Below, in pieces: positions 61,051 to 64,000 of a DNA stretch of 64,000 nt. The stretch's first letter is position 1; each line of letters starts with the position of its first letter. The position numbers and the translations under genes are program-made. The stretch spans positions 292,931-356,930 of the forward strand of contig CAVXUX010000007.1 of NCBI GenBank assembly GCA_963765135.1, given 5' to 3'. Under the pieces are notes generated by a model. That model saw nothing but the letters and a program-made list of their open reading frames with translations, did not search any database and was not told where the DNA came from. The DNA is from an uncultured Thermoleophilaceae bacterium (GTDB lineage Bacteria; Actinomycetota; Thermoleophilia; Solirubrobacterales; Thermoleophilaceae).

Positions 61051-62339
61051 TTGTCACGAGTACGTTGGCTCGCACTGCTCAGCTGCCTGATGGGCCTCTT
61101 TGCATTCACCGTTGCCGCCTGCGGCAGCGATGACGACGAGGGCGATGCAGGCCGGCGGCGGCGAGGGGATCTCGGGTAGCACCCTGACGATCTACTCCAG
61201 CCTCCCACTTCAGGGAACTTCGAAGGGGCAGTCCGAGGCCGTTATCTCCGGTGAGAAGCTTGCTCTCAAGAACGCCGGAAACAAGGTCGGCAAGTACACC
61301 ATCAAGTACGTCTCGCTGGACGACTCGACAGCACAGAACCCCGGCACGGCGGACGAGGCGCAGACCGCGTCGAACGCCCGCAAGGCCGTGCAGGACGAGT
61401 CGACGATCTTCTACCTCGGGGAGTTCAACTCCGGAGGCACGAAGGTCTCGCTGCCGATCCTCAACAAGGCCGGCATTCCGCAGATCTCGCCGTCGAACAC
61501 CTACGTGGGTCTGACGACGGACAAGCCGGGATCCGAGCCGGGCGAGCCGGACAAGTACTACCCGGCCCAGAGCCGCACCTACGCGCGCGTCGTGCCGGCT
61601 GACGACATCCAGGGCGCCGCGCTGGTCACGACGATGAAGGAGGACGGCTGCAAGTCGCTCCACATCTTCAACGACAAGACCACGTACGGCGCAGGCCTGG
61701 GTCGCAACATCGAGCTGTCCGCCGAGGCACAGGGCCTCAAGGTGGAGGGCAACGACGGCACCGACCGCAACGCCCCGAACTACCGGTCGCTCGCGGCGAA
61801 GGTCAACGCCGACTGCTTCGTCGGCTCGGGCGTGACGGGCGAGAACTACGTCCAGGTGTTCAAGGACGTGGCAGCCGCCAACCCGACGGTCAAGCTGTAC
61901 GGACCGGACGGCGTGGCCGAGGAGGCGTTCACCAACCCGGCCAAGGGCGGTATCCCGGCCGACGTGGGTGCCCGCACCAAGATCACGGTGGCGACGCTTG
62001 GGCTCGAGGAGTTCAAGAAGCGCAACAACGCCGAGGCCGAGAAGTTCTTCACGGACTACGAGAAGGCAGTACGGCGTCGCGCAGCCGGACCCGTACGCCA
62101 TCTACGGCTACGAGACGATGGCGCTGGCCCTGGCCACGCTCGAGGCCGTTGGCGACAAGGCCAACGACCGCGAGGCCGTGCGGGCTCAGCTGCTGGAGAA
62201 CACCAAGGACCGCGAGTCGGCCCTCGGCGTCTACAGCATCGACGAGAACGGTGACACGACGCTCACCGACTACGGGCTGTACACCATCAAGGACGGCCTG
62301 CCGACCTTCCAGAAGGTCATCAAGGCTCAGGCAGGCTAG
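61051..62339 (+). pseudogene. branched-chain-amino-acid-type ABC substrate-binding lipoprotein, two frame breaks (near 61150 and near 62070)
   Basis: AGGAGGG lies 3 nt upstream of TTG 61051. The signal/lipobox LALLSCLMGLFAFTVAAC is in frame 60973. The body is in frame 61100..62254. The C-terminus (..YAIYGYETMALALATLEAVG..GVYSIDENGD..) is in frame 61968..62339. Confidence 0.75.
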
Positions 62340-62365
62340 GCGCTAGAGCCGAGCCGAGCTGCAAG

Positions 62366-62397
62366 ATAAGGGGCGGGTCGCAAGACCCGCCCCTTAT
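62366..62397 (+). terminator. strong stem-loop downstream of the binding-protein gene
   Basis: ATAAGGGGCGGGTC-GCAA-GACCCGCCCCTTAT, a perfect 14-bp stem with a GNRA-type loop. There is only a weak T-tract downstream. Confidence 0.6.
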
Positions 62398-62423
62398 CGG
62401 TATAGGATCGCGACCGAGGGAGC

Positions 62424-63486
62424 TTGGAAGCCGCATCTGTCACAGGCGCGCCGTCTAGGCGGCGCTCGGAGGCCGTCAGGGAATTCATCTCTCAGTACGG
62501 CCTGATCGCGATCCTGCTCGTGCTGCCCGTGGTCTACGGGATCCAGGACCTCTCCGACGACGGCAACCTCAACCGGCTCGGCAACAACCTCGTCGAAGGG
62601 CTCTCGAACGGCGCGATCCTGGCGCTGATCGCGCTCGGCTACACGCTGGTCTACGGGATCATCGAGCTGATCAACTTCGCCCACGGCGAGGTATTCATGC
62701 TCGGCTCGCTCACGGCCGCGGCCCTGTACGCCCCGTTCGGGCTCACGCCTCAGACCGGCACCGGTGGGCTGATCCTCGGCCTCGGCGCGATCCTGATCAT
62801 CGCGATGCTCGCCAGCGCGTCGCTCAACGTGATGATCGAGCGGGTGGCCTACCGGCCGCTGCGGATCGGCGCCCAAGCTGGCGCCGCTGATCACGGCCGT
62901 CGGGATGTCGTTCGTGCTGCAGAACGTCGGCATCCTCTGGATCGGCGCCTCGCAGGTGGCCATCCCGGACCTGCTCGGCTCGCAGAAGCACCTGTTCGAC
63001 ATCTGGGGCGTGACGGTCACGCGCGGCCACGTGCTGGCGATCGCCGTGACGATCCCGCTGGTGATCCTGCTGACCAGCTTCGTCGCCCGCAGCCGCCTGG
63101 GCAAGGCGATGCGCGCGACCGCGCAGGACCCCGAGGCCGCCCGGCTGATGGGCATCAACGTCGACACGACGATCTCGCTGACCTTCCTGCTCGGCGGCTT
63201 GATGGCCGGCGCCGCCGGCCTGATCAGCGCGCTCTACCAGACCTCGATTTGGTACTTCCAGGGCTTCTCGGCCGGGCTCTACGCGTTCACCGCCGCCGTG
63301 ATGGGCGGCATCGGCAACATCCGCGGGGCCGTGCTGGGCGGCTTCATCATCGGGATCATCCAGGGCATCTCCGACAACCGGATCGGCAACGACTGGACGC
63401 CGGCGATCGTCTTCGTCTACCTCGTGATCATCATGGTCTTCCGCCCGCAGGGGCTGATCGGCGAGGAGACCAGGGAGGCCGGATGA
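62424..63486 (+). pseudogene. livH: branched-chain amino acid ABC transporter permease LivH, one frame break near 62865
   Basis: The N-terminal half (..NGAILALIALGYTLVYGIIELINFAHGEVFMLG..) is in a frame not listed in the track because it runs to the window end without a stop. The C-terminal half is ORF 62905..63486 (..RLGKAMRATAQDPEAARLMGINV..MGGIGNIRGAVLGG..). The start (TTG 62424) is uncertain. Confidence 0.78.
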
Positions 63487-64000
63487 GCAGGGTCGCTCAA
63501 TGGCGTCATCACCGCGCGCACCCCGCTCGTGATCGGGGTGCTGGGGGCGATCGCCGTGGCCCTGTTCCCGCTGTTCAGGCCCCCGCTCGACGGCCTCACC
63601 AACGACGCGATCCTGGCGCTCGCCTTCGTCGTGATGGCGCTCGGGCTGAACCTCGTGGTCGGGTTCGCCGGCCTGCTCGACCTCGGCTACGTCGCCTTCT
63701 ACGCCTTCGGCCTGATGGTCACGGGCTGGTGGGCCTCCGACTTCTACTCGTCGGTCAACGACGAGAAGGGCATCCACGTCGGCACGAGCGACTTCGTGTC
63801 GAACCTGCCCGGCATCCACCTCAACTTCCTGCTGCTGATCATCGGCGCGATCGTGATCTGCGCGATCGCCGGAATCGTGATCGGATTGCCGACGCTGCGC
63901 CTGCGCGGCGACTACATCGCGATCGTGACGCTGGCCTTCGGCGAGATCATCGGCCGCGTCTTCGCCAACGGCGACGAGATCACGATCTTCGGGGACAACA
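63483..64000 (+). CDS. livM: branched-chain amino acid ABC transporter permease LivM, 5' part (truncated by window end; start uncertain)
   Basis: ..ILALAFVVMALGLNLVVGFAGLLDLGYVAFYAFG.. and ..LRLRGDYIAIVTLAFGEI.. are LivM hallmarks. ATG 63483 overlaps the livH stop (ATGA) but is in a different frame, so a shift near 63500 would be needed. Alternatively GTG 63529 is an in-frame start. Confidence 0.7.
   Translation, partial: MSRVAQWRHHRAHPARDRGAGGDRRGPVPAVQAPARRPHQRRDPGARLRRDGARAEPRGRVRRPARPRLRRLLRLRPDGHGLVGLRLLLVGQRREGHPRRHERLRVEPARHPPQLPAADHRRDRDLRDRRNRDRIADAAPARRLHRDRDAGLRRDHRPRLRQRRRDHDLRGQ

Overview
A 64-kb, very high-G+C, Actinobacteria-like chromosomal segment (the lineage guess is inference only). 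Its backbone is a widely conserved housekeeping block: proA-nadD-rsfS, tRNA-Ala(GGC), leuS, comEA-comEC-holA, rpsT, murJ, lepA, an RpoD-family sigma factor, hrcA-dnaJ-prmA, phoH-ybeY-era, hisIE-trpEGDC, a moxR-DUF58-transglutaminase-htrA block, trpFBA, pfkA, and the start of a Liv-type ABC importer with two binding proteins plus livH and livM. Accessory genes are wedged between these blocks. They include a small islet 3' of the tRNA (two secreted proteins, a resolvase-like gene with non-canonical catalytic motifs, and a proline-rich repeat ORF), a CHASE2/HD-GYP gene, a class III adenylate cyclase, a BNR propeller protein, a TAT-exported phosphoesterase and assorted hydrolases. I found no CRISPR array, rRNA or obvious transposase. 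Five observations stand out. (1) About 25 genes, several of them essential, can only be read by hopping between frames. These breaks are strongly clustered, while 13-kb stretches are flawless, which points to local consensus or indel errors rather than biology, but it needs checking. (2) Operon-first genes almost always carry a TANNNT box 6-10 nt upstream of the start codon and no Shine-Dalgarno sequence, suggesting leaderless initiation. Internal genes are coupled by NTGA start/stop overlaps, two of which imply CTG starts. (3) A perfect TGTGA-N6-TCACA (CRP-type) palindrome lies directly upstream of the adenylate cyclase gene. (4) The tRNA-Ala-flanking islet stands apart: it has strong Shine-Dalgarno sites, a degenerate serine-recombinase-like gene and a 182/183-bp tandem duplication. 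(5) Several discrete palindromes and a 22-nt near-identical start-proximal sequence are shared by lepA and hisIE. I do not see a clearly novel multi-gene system; the islet and the cAMP-related site are the best leads. Most of the very long ORFs in the six-frame track are antisense or out-of-frame artefacts of the high G+C content.
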